This document shows, in pieces, positions 25,340 through 37,415 of a stretch of 46,306 nt of DNA (the stretch's first letter is position 1; every line of letters starts with the position of its first letter). A program made the position numbers and the translations under genes. Origin of the DNA: Octopus bimaculoides (lineage: Eukaryota); NCBI RefSeq assembly GCF_001194135.2, contig NC_068996.1, forward strand, positions 36,875,724 to 36,922,029, in the 5' to 3' direction. A model generated the notes under the pieces. The model had not been told where the DNA came from. It saw only the letters and a program-made list of their open reading frames with translations, and ran no database searches.

Positions 25340-25630
25340 ATTTTAGGACTTATTTTTTTAAAGCCTGGTACCTATTCTATCAGTCACATTTGCTGAACTG
25401 CTAATTTATTGGGACATAAACACACCAACGCTATCTGTCAAGCAGTGATCGGGGAACAAACACAGACACAAAACACACGATGGACTCCTTCAGTTTCCGT
25501 CTACCAAATCCACTCACAAGGCTTTGGCTGGCCCAAGGCTAGTAGAAGACACTTACCCACAGTGCTGCACAATGGAACTGAACCCGGAACGATGTGATTG
25601 GGAGGCAAGATTCTTATCACACAGTCATAC
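25340..25630 (-). mobile_element. SINE-A long form
   Basis: gggacataaacacacc...cttcagtttccgtctaccaaatccactcacaaggc...actgaacccggaac. Confidence 0.75.
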
Positions 25631-25948
25631 CTATGTGTGTGTGTGTGTGTGTATATATATAAAAAATTCAACATTGAATGTATTCCGTGTATATATTTGA
25701 TAAATAAGTTCAAAAAAGGATAAAACTCTTTTACAAGAATTTTATCAAGAAGCCAGTGTGTAAAAAAATTCATAAGGGAAATTTCTATTCCCAAGAATAT
25801 AATTATTCGTTTATATTTATATAAAGGGCATTATTACAGAAAAATAATAATGCCACACAGTGGACTTCTCAAAATAACCACATTTAGTACCTAATGCGAG
25901 GAAAAAACAACCAACAGAAGACGACCAACTTTCTTTTAAATAAACTTA

Positions 25949-26010
25949 ATTGTGTATCGACCGATTTCGCGATTACTAGAATGAATCTAGATTTCGTTCA
26001 TCAGCACAAT
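25949..26010 (-). ncRNA. Candidate type I hammerhead ribozyme (degenerate stem II)
   Basis: Minus strand reads ATTGTG-CTGATGA-a-cga-aat-ctag-attcatt-ctag-taa-tcg-c-GAAA-TCG-gt-CGA-TA^-CACAAT. Confidence 0.5.
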
Positions 26011-26279
26011 ATTGTCCCAAAAATATATNNNNNNNNNNNNNNNNNNNNNNNNNNNNNNNNNNNNNNNNNNNNNNNNNNNNNNNNNNNNNNNNNNNNNNNN
26101 NNNNNNNNNNNNNNNNNNNNNNNNNNNNNNNNNNNNNNNNNNNNNNNNNNNNNNNNNNNNNNNNNNNNNNNNNNNNNNNNNNNNNNNNNNNNNNNNNNNN
26201 NNNNNNNNNNNNNNNNNNNNNNNNNNNNNNNNNNNNNNNNNNNNNNNNNNNNNNNNNNNNTATATATATATATATGAGG

Positions 26280-26690
26280 CAAGAGAGCAATGGTGAGAAA
26301 AATGTGAAATGTATGGTGTGAAGCTGTTTGAAAAGAGGACTGAGGACTTGTTAGGGATGCTGGGGTTGAAGGAACTGGTGGAACAGCTGGCACGGGTGAA
26401 TGGAGTGCAGTGGTATGGGTATGTGTTGAGGAGGGATGAGGAGCATGTTCTGAGAAGGGTGCTTGAGTTTGAAGTAAATGGACCACAAAAGTGAGGTAGA
26501 TGAAAGAAAATGTGGAGGGGACAGGTGGAGGAGCAGATTGTGAGGGTTAACTTGAGAAGGGAGGCCACCTAAAACCAGGCAAGATGGTAAGATGGTGTGA
26601 GAGCGTTTGCTATGGCATTGAGGTAGATCCGGCCACCCCTGTTAATGGGAACAGAACCCAGATTTAAAATACTGGATGATGATGATGACA
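26280..26690 (+). mobile_element. RTE-clade LINE 3' end
   Basis: MYGVKLFEKRTEDLLGMLGLKELVEQLARVNGVQWYGYVLRRDEEHVLRRVLEFEVNG..GR, followed by a 3' UTR ending (GAT)n. Confidence 0.85.
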
Positions 26691-26919
26691 CACACACACA
26701 CACACACACATTACTCATCGCGCCTGTGCTTAAGCCACGTAAAAAGCTCTAAGTCCATTCTGCTGAGTGGTTAGTGTTAGGAAGGGATCAAGCTTTAAAA
26801 ATCCTGCCAAAACAGTCACAGAAGCTTGGTGCAGGCTTCGGCCAGGCTAGCTCTTGTGGTACTGTCCTACCCATGCTAGCATGGAAGATAGGTGTTAAAC
26901 GATGAATGATGATGATGAT

Positions 26920-26963
<44 letters not shown>

Positions 26964-26973
26964 NNNNNNNNNN

Positions 26974-27006
<33 letters not shown>

Positions 27007-28082
27007 GCATATATATATATATATATATATATATAGAAAGAAAGAGGGATGCAGAAGAATGGGATGTGGGGAGGGGTGAACTGCATGAATAATAAGGTTG
27101 ATACAGATGACAGGGAAGTAAAATGTTCTCTATGTGGCTTGTGTGTTTTCTGTACTCTGGTTATTATTATTTTCTTGTCTTCGTTTTGTTTGCAATGTCC
27201 TGTACCCAGATATGCACTTATATATACAGGTAGACATAGGTATGCACATTCCTGTACGTATATATGCATATACTCATTTATTATTTGTTTTTACATGACC
27301 GAACGCCAGCGTCACCAATGCTGTAAGTAGTTATTTCAACTTTATATTTCCTGACGCTACTCTATCTCTTTCTCTATCACCTTTTCCCCCTCTCGTTCTT
27401 CCCCTGTTACTACTACGCATCTCTCTTTACCCCTCTTGTTCTTCCTTCTGTTACTACTATATCTCTCTCTTTCCCCCCCTCGTACTTCCTTCTGTACTAC
27501 TATATTCCTCTCTTCCTCTCTTTCTCTCGTTGCTCACCTATTCTTCTACTTCCTCTCTTTGTCTCTCCCTCTACCACTCTCTCTCTCTCTCTCCCTTACN
27601 NNNNNNNNNNNNNNNNNNNNNNNNNNNNNNNNNNNNNNNNNNNNNNNNNNNNNNNNNNNNNNNNNNNNNNNNNNNNNNNNNNNNNNNNNNNNNNNNNNNN
27701 NNNNNNNNNNNNNNNNNNNNNNNNNNNNNNNNNNNNNNNNNNNNNNNNNNNNNNNNNNNNNNNNNNNNNNNNNNNNNNNNNNNNNNNNNNNNNNNNNNNN
27801 NNNNNNNNNNNNNNNNNNNNNNNNNNNNNNNNNNNNNNNNNNNNNNNNNNNNNNNNNNNNNNNNNNNNNNNNNNNNNNNNNNNNNNNNNNNNNNNNNNNN
27901 NNNNNNNNNNNNNNNNNNNNNNNNNNNNNNNNNNNNNNNNNNNNNNNNNNNNNNNNNNNNNNNNNNNNNNNNNNNNNNNNNNNNNNATATACACATACAC
28001 AAATCTATTATATATGTATATACATACATACATGTATATATGGTTCAAATATATGTATATAAATATGTGTGTATAAATGTGT

Positions 28083-28131
<49 letters not shown>

Positions 28132-28434
28132 GTTCATAGATGAGATCCAGATGTTCTCCGTGTAGATTACACTTCTCAAAATATTCAAACTTGAGTGAGT
28201 ATAGAAGCAAATGAGGGGATAAGTAAATTAGATAGATCAGTACATATAAATACATATAAAAAGGTCCAACTTATACATAGAACAAGAGATAGAGGAAATA
28301 TATATATATATCATTTGTACTCTGTGTAAGTTGGACATTTTTATATGCATACATTTATATATATTTTGTATTTCATGAATGTAATATACTTTATATACTG
28401 ATCTGTCTAATTTGCTTATCCCCACATTTGCTTT

Positions 28435-28482
<48 letters not shown>

Positions 28483-29084
28483 CACTAGGAAACACACCTG
28501 TTCTTTGGATGGTGTAATTTATTATAATGGCACACTCCTTTGGACAGTTTAAGTTGAATTAGCTCGCAGTTACAAGTTGTTTCAAGTTGATAAATGTAAA
28601 TGCATAATTACCAATTTTGTTAGCAGTTTATTATATGGTATTAAGCAACCTAGGTAATGAATAAAGTTTTTGGAACACAAATTTGGCAGTTAGCAATAAA
28701 TGAAAGTCCATAAAATGAGATCACAATTGCAGTAAACACTAGAGATCTTATATCTTACCTGAAGCGTTTTGTAGCATGTAGTTATTTTACTCATAATGCC
28801 TGACACAACCGCATTGAAGCTTTTTACAATGAAAGTCATGCATGATAAACAAAAGCAAACATTTATAGCAAACACATGAATAGAATAATAGCATGTACAA
28901 AAATAAATGTCAGAGCATGCTTATGAGCGATCAACGTGTGTGAAGTTAGAAGGGTCACTGAAGGTAATGTACTGTTAACAGCAATCATGCAAATGAAGCG
29001 AAATATCAATAAAATGCTTGCAGGAAGTCTGATTGCTAATGGCTACAGTTTGGTATAGATGTGCAGATTGAAGTAGAGGAGTAA

Positions 29085-29521
29085 CTATTGTAGGGCTGTT
29101 TTGTAGATGACATTTTTGGTGTTTCCTTCAGGGACATAGGTGAATAAGTTCTCTGGATGGCCAGCTCTGGAACAACCGATGTAGAACTGTCCATGTGAAA
29201 AGCACAACAACCGAAGGTCCAATCTGGAAACTTTCAGTGATTGACCTTGTGCTTTGTTAATTGTCATGGCAAAGCTGAGTTTGAGAGGGAACTGAAGTCT
29301 CTACATATAGTAGGGTTAGTTGTTGGGGTTAGCAGAATTTTCGGAATTAAAACAGTATTGCTTTTGCTGTGTCCCATGATAATTTGGGCTTCATTGATGT
29401 GGTCCATCATTTGTTTGATCACAAGGTGAGTTCCATTGCATAGTGCGGGTGTGTTTAGACTGTGTTGGAGGATGACAGGGAAACCGACTTTTAAATGAAG
29501 TTCATGGGAAGGTAGTCCTGG
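29085..29521 (-). mobile_element. Helitron RepHel helicase C-terminal fragment (frameshifted)
   Basis: PGLPSHELHLKVGFPVIL...LCNGTHLVIK...VLIPKI, then after a frameshift QFPLKLSFAMTINKAQGQSL...CFSHGQFYIGCSR...TKNVIY: PIF1-like helicase motifs V/VI of the Helitron type. Confidence 0.88.
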
Positions 29522-29524
29522 ATG

Positions 29525-30230
29525 ATGTGGACATCCAAACTGTGGAAATGCCCCAACCTACTGGAAGGCTCAGAATTCCTATTCAAACAAGGAGAGAGGT
29601 TCACAATTAAAACCAACTTCACTTGCGCTTCCAAGAATCTAATTTATGTTATAACTTGTTCAGATTGTGGACATAACTATATAGGACAGACAAGTATGTC
29701 ACTTAGACAGAAAAACCACACTGCATAAGGAATAGAACCATTTCCCAAAGTATAGACAGATTCTTTTGAGTGAACACATAGAGAGATGTGCAGGTAATAT
29801 CCAACCAAACTTCAAAGTTTTCCCCATCTACCAGTGCAAAGAAACAATTTCTGTACAAGAACGTTTAAATAAAGAAAATTTATTCANNNNNNNNNNAACA
29901 ATTTCTGTACAAGAACGTTTAAATAAAGAAAATTTATTCAGAACACACCTAAATATGAATGCATAACCAACTTTGGTCTCAGTATATATTTTAATTCATG
30001 ATCACATACCCATCACTGCACCTATTCCATCTCACTACTTTAGCCTTTTAGTTTTTGTATATTTATTTATTTCCCCACCAAAAAGAGATCAGCAATTACC
30101 TCCTCTGTCCCAAATAATAATGATCACTAATCACCTCCCCTTAGATTTTTTTACTTATTGATTAATTCACAAACTTCCATACAAGAACATGGACTAAAAT
30201 CTTCATAAGAAAATACGAAATTACAATAAT
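29525..30230 (+). mobile_element. Penelope-like element 3' fragment (GIY-YIG endonuclease + 3' UTR)
   Basis: CPNLLEGSEFLFKQGERFTIKTNFTCASKNLIYVITCSDCGHNYIGQTSMSLR...SEHIERCA...FKVFPIYQ; a relative of the 21548-22838 element. Confidence 0.88.
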
Positions 30231-30424
30231 TTCAATATCATGATTAGTGAAAGTGAAACCAGTTGACAAACACAATACTCTTTCACTTATAAGACATTAA
30301 AAAATATATTAATACTATGTAAACTCTGTGTATTTTCCTTCTTTTATTTTATCTATATATATTTTTTGCATTACAACTCACCATGTGGGGATAGTTGAAA
30401 TTCTCCTCCTCCCTTTTATTATTA

Positions 30425-30474
<50 letters not shown>

Positions 30475-31424
30475 ATGACAACAAAAATACAGGTAAAGAA
30501 ATTGTTTAATGCACCAAACAAAGCTGACAATCTTTGCTGTTGTGTCAACATACAGAAAATATTAATTCAAATTAATATATCTGAAAATACATGTTAACGC
30601 AACGATTTTCAAAGCGATCCAAAATTAGTTAAATTCAAAGTGATCTAAGAATATATTTAAGCAAAATGAACACATACAAAAGAAATGTCAAGAAGAAATA
30701 TAATCTAAAAAAAGCTATTTTTGTATGCAATTAAGAATATAAATATCCACTAAATCAGCTACTTGAGCCAAATCACTGGACCCCATAATAATGTTGAAAT
30801 AATCAGGTCTATCAATTCTAGTCCAGTGCTTTCCATCAAATTCAATTATGGTTTTCCTAGCCATTAGTATTATATTAACTTCACATTTGGATAAATCTGA
30901 ATTCTTCATAGCAAATATTAAGGCCTTATTCAGTAGTACAGTGTTGACGGATGAGTAATAATTTGATATATCTGACTGAATGAATTTAGCACACATTTTA
31001 TCCTTGATATTTATGAACCAATCAATAACTTCCTAGGAATTAAACTGTAAAGATAAAATTAATATTTTGTTTAAGCTTAGGAATGTTTACCAATAACAAA
31101 TTTACTAATCTTACCAACACTATATTTAGATGGGCAAATAAATCTAACTTGTGGATTGGTATTAAAGTCAGGCCCTTTAAGTTAATTCTGGGGGTTTTGA
31201 GAGTGTTAGGTTCAGTTTGATCATCAGCTCGTAAATCTTCAACTATGGCTTTCACAGTTAAGTTAATGTTTAGTAAGTTTACCTTGGAGATTATTTTATA
31301 ATCCTTTGTAACTCTGTTCTTCAATTAAAGAAAAGTATATTTCTGGTTCCAAATGGTAAATATTTCCAGTTTTATTTGCATGAACAAGTATTCCAGGTTT
31401 ACTTCTAAATTCTTTCAATAACTG

Positions 31425-32114
31425 GGCAAAGGTAAAGAATATGCATACCACCTGTTTTCAACGTTTGCAGTTTGGGTTAGGTTTAGGGTTACAGTTAGGG
31501 TTAGAGTTAGGTTTAGGGTTAGGATTAGGTTTAGGGTTAGGGTTAGGTTTAGGGTTAGAGTTAGGTTTAGGGTTAGGATTAGGTTTAGGGTTAGGGTTAG
31601 GTTTAGGGTTGAGGTTAGGTTTAGGGTTAGGGCAGGGGTTGCAAAAGGGGGTCCGAAGGACCCCCTAGGATTTGGCAAGGAATTACAGTGGGTCAATGAT
31701 AGCCAAGGGGTCAAATGGGGGTCGGTGTGCAAAAGACCAGCTCACCAAGATGCTTAGTGCCATTAAACAAGGGAAAACGTGGCATTTTTCACATTTTCTA
31801 ACTGTGAAAACAGTTTTTAAAAATTGAACGTTTGATACTGTATACTCATACACGTAGTTTTAAATGTAAACGGTATATCATCTTCAATAGAATTTCTTAA
31901 TTTGTCGATTTTATTGATAATTTCTAAATTAATATTTTAGCTAACATTTTAATTGCCAGCAACAGTACCTGGTATGCATTTAAGATATGGTACAATAAGG
32001 TAGGGTATTAAGATATTTCAAATGAGGAGAGTGGTCAATGCAGAAGGAGAAGTGGCTAAAGGGGTTTGATGTGGAAGGAGAAAATGGGTGGTATGCGTAT
32101 TGTTTATCTCCACC
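31425..32114. mobile_element. Non-autonomous DNA transposon, 28-bp imperfect TIRs (GG...CC) and 9-bp TSD; Merlin- or Mutator-like
   Basis: TSD CAATAACTG (31416-24) / CAATAACAG (32115-23). TIRs GGCAAAGGTAAAGAATATGCATACCACC vs GGTGGAGATAAACAATACGCATACCACC (22/28). Removing the element rejoins the Penelope coding sequence. Confidence 0.75.
31471..31632 (+). repeat. Interstitial telomere-like array: 27 in-register hexamers (TTAGGG and variants)
   Basis: TTAGGG, TTAGGT, TTAGAG and TTAGGA units; 31495-31548 and 31549-31602 are identical 54-mers. Confidence 0.95.
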
Positions 32115-32919
32115 CAATAACAGTTGCAATTTTCTTAGTTGAGGGGTTTCTTCTCATAGGGAATTGGCAGAATTTAATGTTTTTGACGATATTCCTAATT
32201 TCACCTTCAAAATCAGCCAATGAAGGGTTATAAAGTGGAATTCTTCAGGACATAAACATTTGTTTGATCATTATTAGATTGACCATCACAATCATTCTTC
32301 TTGTTGAAGTAGAATGCATGCTATCTCATGCGATGAATAAGTGAGTTGGCCTTATCAATTAGGTCTTTCATATATTCTTTTTTAGATGGTAAAGGTTTGT
32401 CCTTTAAAGATGTGTCCATAAAAACTTACTCCTTTCAAAGATAATCCATCGTAAGCACTTGTAAATGAGAATAACAGAGTTGTGAAGGAAGGATGAGTGA
32501 ATGGAAGAAGAAGTGACGTCACAAAGGGATCAGAAGGGAGAGGAAATGACGTCACATCAAGAAAGCAGTTGTTTTGAACCTGCTATTTCTTGATATGATG
32601 TCATTTTGTCTCCCTTCTAGTCCCTTCGTGACATCATGAAACGAAATAGAGGAGCAGTGATCTTTAGACCAAAGTGGCTTGTGAAGGAAGGATGAATGAC
32701 TGGAAGAGGAAGTGACTTCATGAAGGGACTGGAGGGGAGAGGTAATGATGCCATGTCAAGAACGGTGGGTTTAAAACAGCCTCTTTCTTAAGGGTCTGTG
32801 GTGAGTAAAAGACGTGCTGGGAGTGATCGCAGAGTAGTAGTCCTTTCTGGTCAGAAGTTGGGGAGAGCTTACATGTAGGTACAACTCTGAGGTTTTAGCT
32901 GTAGTTGGTTATGAAGCCT

Positions 32920-34120
32920 CTCTTGGTTTACTACAAAATGTTGCATACCATTATATAACATGAGTGGCATGTTAACTCGTGGAAATATTATAAGAAACAA
33001 GCTTCAGAATAACAGCGAGACTTTATTCCTCCACTAAATTATACAGTGGACCAAATAACACATCACAAATTCTGTTGGTTGTATAGTTCATCCATTGTTA
33101 GGATAATTCAACTCTGGCTATTGTCAGTTACGAGTGCTTCATTATAATAGCAGGAAAATATCATGACATGTGCTCCTGGAAATCTCTCACTTCACTGCTC
33201 ATAATGATTTTACAAAGCTATTTAATGGCAAAAAAGGACTTACATCGATGGTTCAGATTAATTGTTTGAGGATGTGTTATGTAAAATGTGATTGGAAAAT
33301 ATCATTGAAATTAATATATCCGGAAATACATGCTGACACATTATTTTCAAGGTGATCCAAAATTTGTCAAATTCAAAGTGAATTAAGAAAATATTTTAAG
33401 CATATGAACACATAAAAAAGGAAGATTAAGAAGAAATATTACCTAAGAAAAACTACCTTTGTAGCCAGCTCCTGTCATGCCGTCCAACCCATGCCAGCAT
33501 GGAAAATAGGCGTTAAATGATGATGATGATGATGATAATGATGATGATGATGATGATGATATATATCTACATACACACACACATTTTACTGAACCCCATA
33601 CAAATAGGCTTGGTACAATTTTTAACAGACACGCCTTAAGAGTTTCCTTTAGTGTTAAAAAGATATCAGTAAGTAGGCCCACATCCAAGACAAAGGCAGG
33701 ATGCTCATGTAGTGGGAATACATGTCTCCTTAAAAGCTACTGTAATGCACAAACAGTTGTATATGCGACAGAGGTAACACGGAAAGGTTGAAATGGGCAA
33801 CCATGTGCATAAGTGTGTGAATGACAGAAAGTTCTTTTAGAATCAGATTCAATAGCCATACGTCCTGAAGAGATAAAATACCACAGTCCTGTCCGGACAT
33901 ATGATTATTAAAAGGAAGCTCATGATGTACAGCATAAAGTGGAAAATCTTAGGAAAGAGCTATTCCAACAGAAAATGCAGAATATACTTGGCTGAAAAAA
34001 GAACCATATTAAAAAACTCACAGCAGCCAGACAACTATCTAAACTGCAAAAGCGAGATTTTTAGCCTGTGCCTTCATGGAAAAAGATATATTTTTGGAAA
34101 CCTGTGGTCCCCATCATGAC
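32920..34120 (+). mobile_element. Degenerate Penelope-like thumb/endonuclease fragment, interrupted by an RTE-tail insert (~33455-33590)
   Basis: YSIKWKILGKSYSNRKCRIYLAEKRTILKNSQQPDNYLNCKSEIFSLCLHGKRY resembles the Penelope endonuclease C-terminus. 33295-33450 is homologous to 30555-30715. Confidence 0.65.
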
Positions 34121-34399
34121 TATAATCTCCAGTTCTCCATGTTTGGTAATTTTCACCATCAAATCCTGAGAACTCAGCAAAGATTTTAACCAAAACATAT
34201 ACAGATACATATATGTCCTAACATGGGCTTAAGCATTCAGATACCAACCAACACCCTTATCATCCCCCACCAAACCTTACATACATAATATTCATACTCA
34301 CATTTGAACCTTACTTGAATACCACCTTCTAAACCAGCCACATATTTTCAAAGAGATCTTAATCTCAGAGAGTTTTGGGGCTAAAGGACATAACTCTTT

Positions 34400-34435
<36 letters not shown>

Positions 34436-34640
34436 GTTTAATGTCCATCTTCCATGCTAGCATGGGTGGGACAATGCCAAAAGTGCTGGTGAGGCCAAAG
34501 CCTTACCAAACTTCTGTGACTGTTTTGGCAGGATTTTTACAACTGGATGCCCTTCCTAACACCAACCACTCAACAGAGTGGACTAGGTGCTTTTAAGTGG
34601 CACCTGCGCTGACAGGGTCACCAAGTAACCTGCAAGACAT
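34400..34640 (-). mobile_element. RTE-associated element 3' end
   Basis: (CAT)n-cgtttaatgtccatcttccatgctagcatggg...ctggatgcccttcctaacaccaacc. Confidence 0.75.
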
Positions 34641-35854
34641 TAAAAAAAAACGTTTAAGAGGGGAAGAGGCATTGGTGGAGTGATGATGAAAAGGTTATAG
34701 CGAGACAGATATAGGTGTCTTGCTGTAGAGGAAGTACAAGGTTACCTGGTTGGAGAGAGAAAGATCAGGAATGAAGACAGAAAGACGTGAGCTACCGCAA
34801 AGAAAATACACAGTTGCCCAACCTGAGGGAAGCACAGGAGATGAAGGGAGAGTGGGAAACAGCAGGATAGGGATGGTAGGAAGGGCATCCAGCTATAAAA
34901 AAACTATACCAAACAGACAGTGGAGCTTGGCATAGTTCTCTGGCTTGCCAGCTCCTGTCAAAGAGTCCAACCCATGCCACCATGGAAGATGGACTTTAAA
35001 TGATAATGATGATGATGATGACAATGACGATGATGGCGATGAAAGATGCACAATGCAATGAGTTTCATCAAGACGAGAAAACATTAACACACAAAGACAC
35101 ACATGGATGTGCACATGCATGCGCATGCACACACACACACACACACATACACACGAACACACACACATACACACGAACACACACACATACACACACACAG
35201 AGAATCAAGGTTTCCATAATTCCACACCCAGCACAGTCTCCACCATCACAGACACTGAAGTCAATTGATTAAACAAAATAATTATGGAGTTGATTATAAT
35301 TAAGGCAGAAGTGTACAAAATATATATACAACCACCCCATTACACCCTAAAAAAATAATCAGCATCATAAAAAAATTCAGAAACAAATTCAAACACAATG
35401 CACCAACAATTACACATGGTTGGAATAAAACTCAACATTGAATGACTAAACAAGGAAACTGACAGAAGCAGCCACACCACCACCACCACCACCACNNNNN
35501 NNNNNGTCATCACTGCAAGCAACACCTCTTCCACCACCATCTCTACAAACACAACCACCACCACGATCACCACAACCAGGATCTCTACCACCACCACCAC
35601 TACCAACAACAACAACAATAACAACAAAACAGAAACAACATCAACAACAACAGAGGTATATTCTTTCATTTAGCCACAAAGGGCTTGACATACATTAAAC
35701 ATTGAGAACAATATAGGTTACAATATCTGTGGTATTTAAAGAAATAAAGCCATAAAACTTGAGACAAAGTTGTGACTGTTATACAATTGACAAATTAAAA
35801 AATAAACAAAAAATATATATACAAAATACTATTTATAAAAATATAATTAAAGCA

Positions 35855-35998
35855 GGCGCAGGAGTGGCTGTGTGGTAGGTAGCTTGCTTACCAACCATAC
35901 GGCTCTGGGTTCAGTCCCACTGCATGGCACCTTGGACAACTGTCTTCTATTATAGCCTTGGGCCGACCAAAGCCTTGTGAATGGATTTGGTAGACAAA
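35855..35998 (+). mobile_element. SINE-A head + CORE-like segment
   Basis: ggcgcaggagtggctgtgtggtagg...gggttcagtcccactgcatggcaccttggacaac...ccaaagccttgtgaatggatttggtagac. Confidence 0.85.
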
Positions 35999-37235
35999 AA
36001 TTGTTGTACTCTTTCGCCCCAACTTTCTTTCACTCTTTCTTCCTGTTTCTTGAGTAACGCTGCGATGGACTGGCTTCCTGTCCAACTNNNNNNNNNNNNN
36101 NNNNNNNNNNNNNNGGGGGGGGGGGGAGGCACATATGCCATAGAAACCAGGAAACCGAGTCCATGAGCCTGGCTAGGCTTTAAAAGGGCGCATAAATGAA
36201 AAAAAATAATGTTAAACTGCAATAATCCCAGCTCCAACCTCAAGTTTCTCAGTTAAGTTGCTTCCAGTACATAGAATGACTTGAACAGTTCCTTGTATTT
36301 AGTTCACATAATTGTGAAACTGTATGTACCTCAGAGTTTACACTTTCCTTCTAGTTTCCTAAAAGCCTTCAGAGATGATTAGGACTCTGTTTTTTTCTTT
36401 TCTTATATTTTTTTATCCCTTAAAAGTTTGTCTGGATGAAACTATGGACATCTTGTTCATTTGTGACTGTATGTGAGTATCAATATTACTGTTAATGTTG
36501 CTAAACAAGTTCTCAGAATCACTCAAAAAGCATTTTTCCACCAGGAAATACAGATTTTTTTTCCATTTTTAAAACATGTATTTTTGCAAAGCATGTATAT
36601 TGGTTTTATTCTGATATGTGTTCACATAATTTTTTTTCTTCTTTACTTTGGCAGGCTTTGCTGAGTTGCCATTATGAATTAAACCATAAACAAAATATCA
36701 AAAATGTCAGTAAAAGTCTCTCTCTCTCCCTCTCTCTACTTTTGGATGGCTGGAAGTCAGTTAAGCAGAATAAATTTAGCCTGTAAATTAGTTTTACCTG
36801 ACGCAAACATTAGTTCCGATAATTTCAAAATCTTTGGATAATGCTATAAACCAAAAGCTAACAGTGGAGCAGAAGAAGAGAAGAAAAACACCCATTTATA
36901 CCAATGTCCAGAAGTAATACTAATTGTTTCTGATATAGACATAAGGAAAGGTGGCAAGCTGGAAGAATGTCGCATGAATGTTGGGCATGAAAGGTTCCGC
37001 ATGAATGCGATATGGTTTAAAAACCCAGGTCAGTGGTTAAGCAGGGTTCGTGGGGTCCGTTATAATCCCACCTCCACTCCATCTGTTATGTCTTATTGTG
37101 TCCTATCATCATCCGTATTATATATGTTTTTAGAATTTTTAAAAGGACCCCAATCGCATTTCTTGTAAAATCATTCAATTTCATTGTGCTGTCCCTTATC
37201 CTTATGGATAATAAAAAATTAAGAATCATTCATAC

Positions 37236-37415
37236 ACCAGCTAAATGCTTAGCACCATTTTGTCCATCTTTACATTCTGAGTTCAGATTCTGCTGAGGTC
37301 AATTTTGCCTTTCATCCTTTCAGGGTCAATAAAATAACTACCAATTGAGCATTGGAATCAATGTAATTGACTTACCCACTTCACTGAAATTGCTGGCTCT
37401 GTTCTGAAATTTGAA
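37236..37415 (+). mobile_element. SINE-B
   Basis: aaatgcttagc...ttctgagttcagattctgctgaggtcaattttgcctttcatcctttcagggtcaataaa. Confidence 0.75.

Larger units (their letters stand above)
30716..32419 (-). pseudogene. Degenerate N-terminal/RT part of a second Penelope-like family, split by a 690-bp insertion
   Basis: MDTSLKDKPLPSKKEYMKDLIDKANSLIHRMR*HAFYF (starts 32419) ... FEGEIRNIVKNIKF ... [insertion] ... LLKEFRSKPGILVHANKTGNIY ... ISNYYSSVNTVLLNKALIFA...IILMARKTI...FNIIMGSSDLAQVADLVDIYIL. These are Penelope-type RT motifs with stops and frameshifts. Confidence 0.8.

Noticed and set aside
29847-29943. Exact ~43-bp duplication on both sides of a 10-N gap in the Penelope fragment
   Set aside because: Typical unmerged contig overlap, so most likely an assembly artefact.
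30232-30270. Possible hammerhead remnant (catgatta...gaaaccagtt) after the Penelope 3' UTR; similar GAAACCAATT near 21556-21566 on minus
   Set aside because: CUGAnGA core and stems are not recoverable.
31471-31632. Telomere-associated Athena/Coprina-type Penelope insertion, or a healed chromosome end
   Set aside because: The array sits inside a TIR/TSD-bounded insert that interrupts the Penelope ORF rather than abutting an element end, and the neighbouring Penelope pieces are of the endonuclease-bearing type.
31441-31668. Gly-Leu repeat ORF (LGLGLG...)
   Set aside because: Translation of the TTAGGG-variant array.
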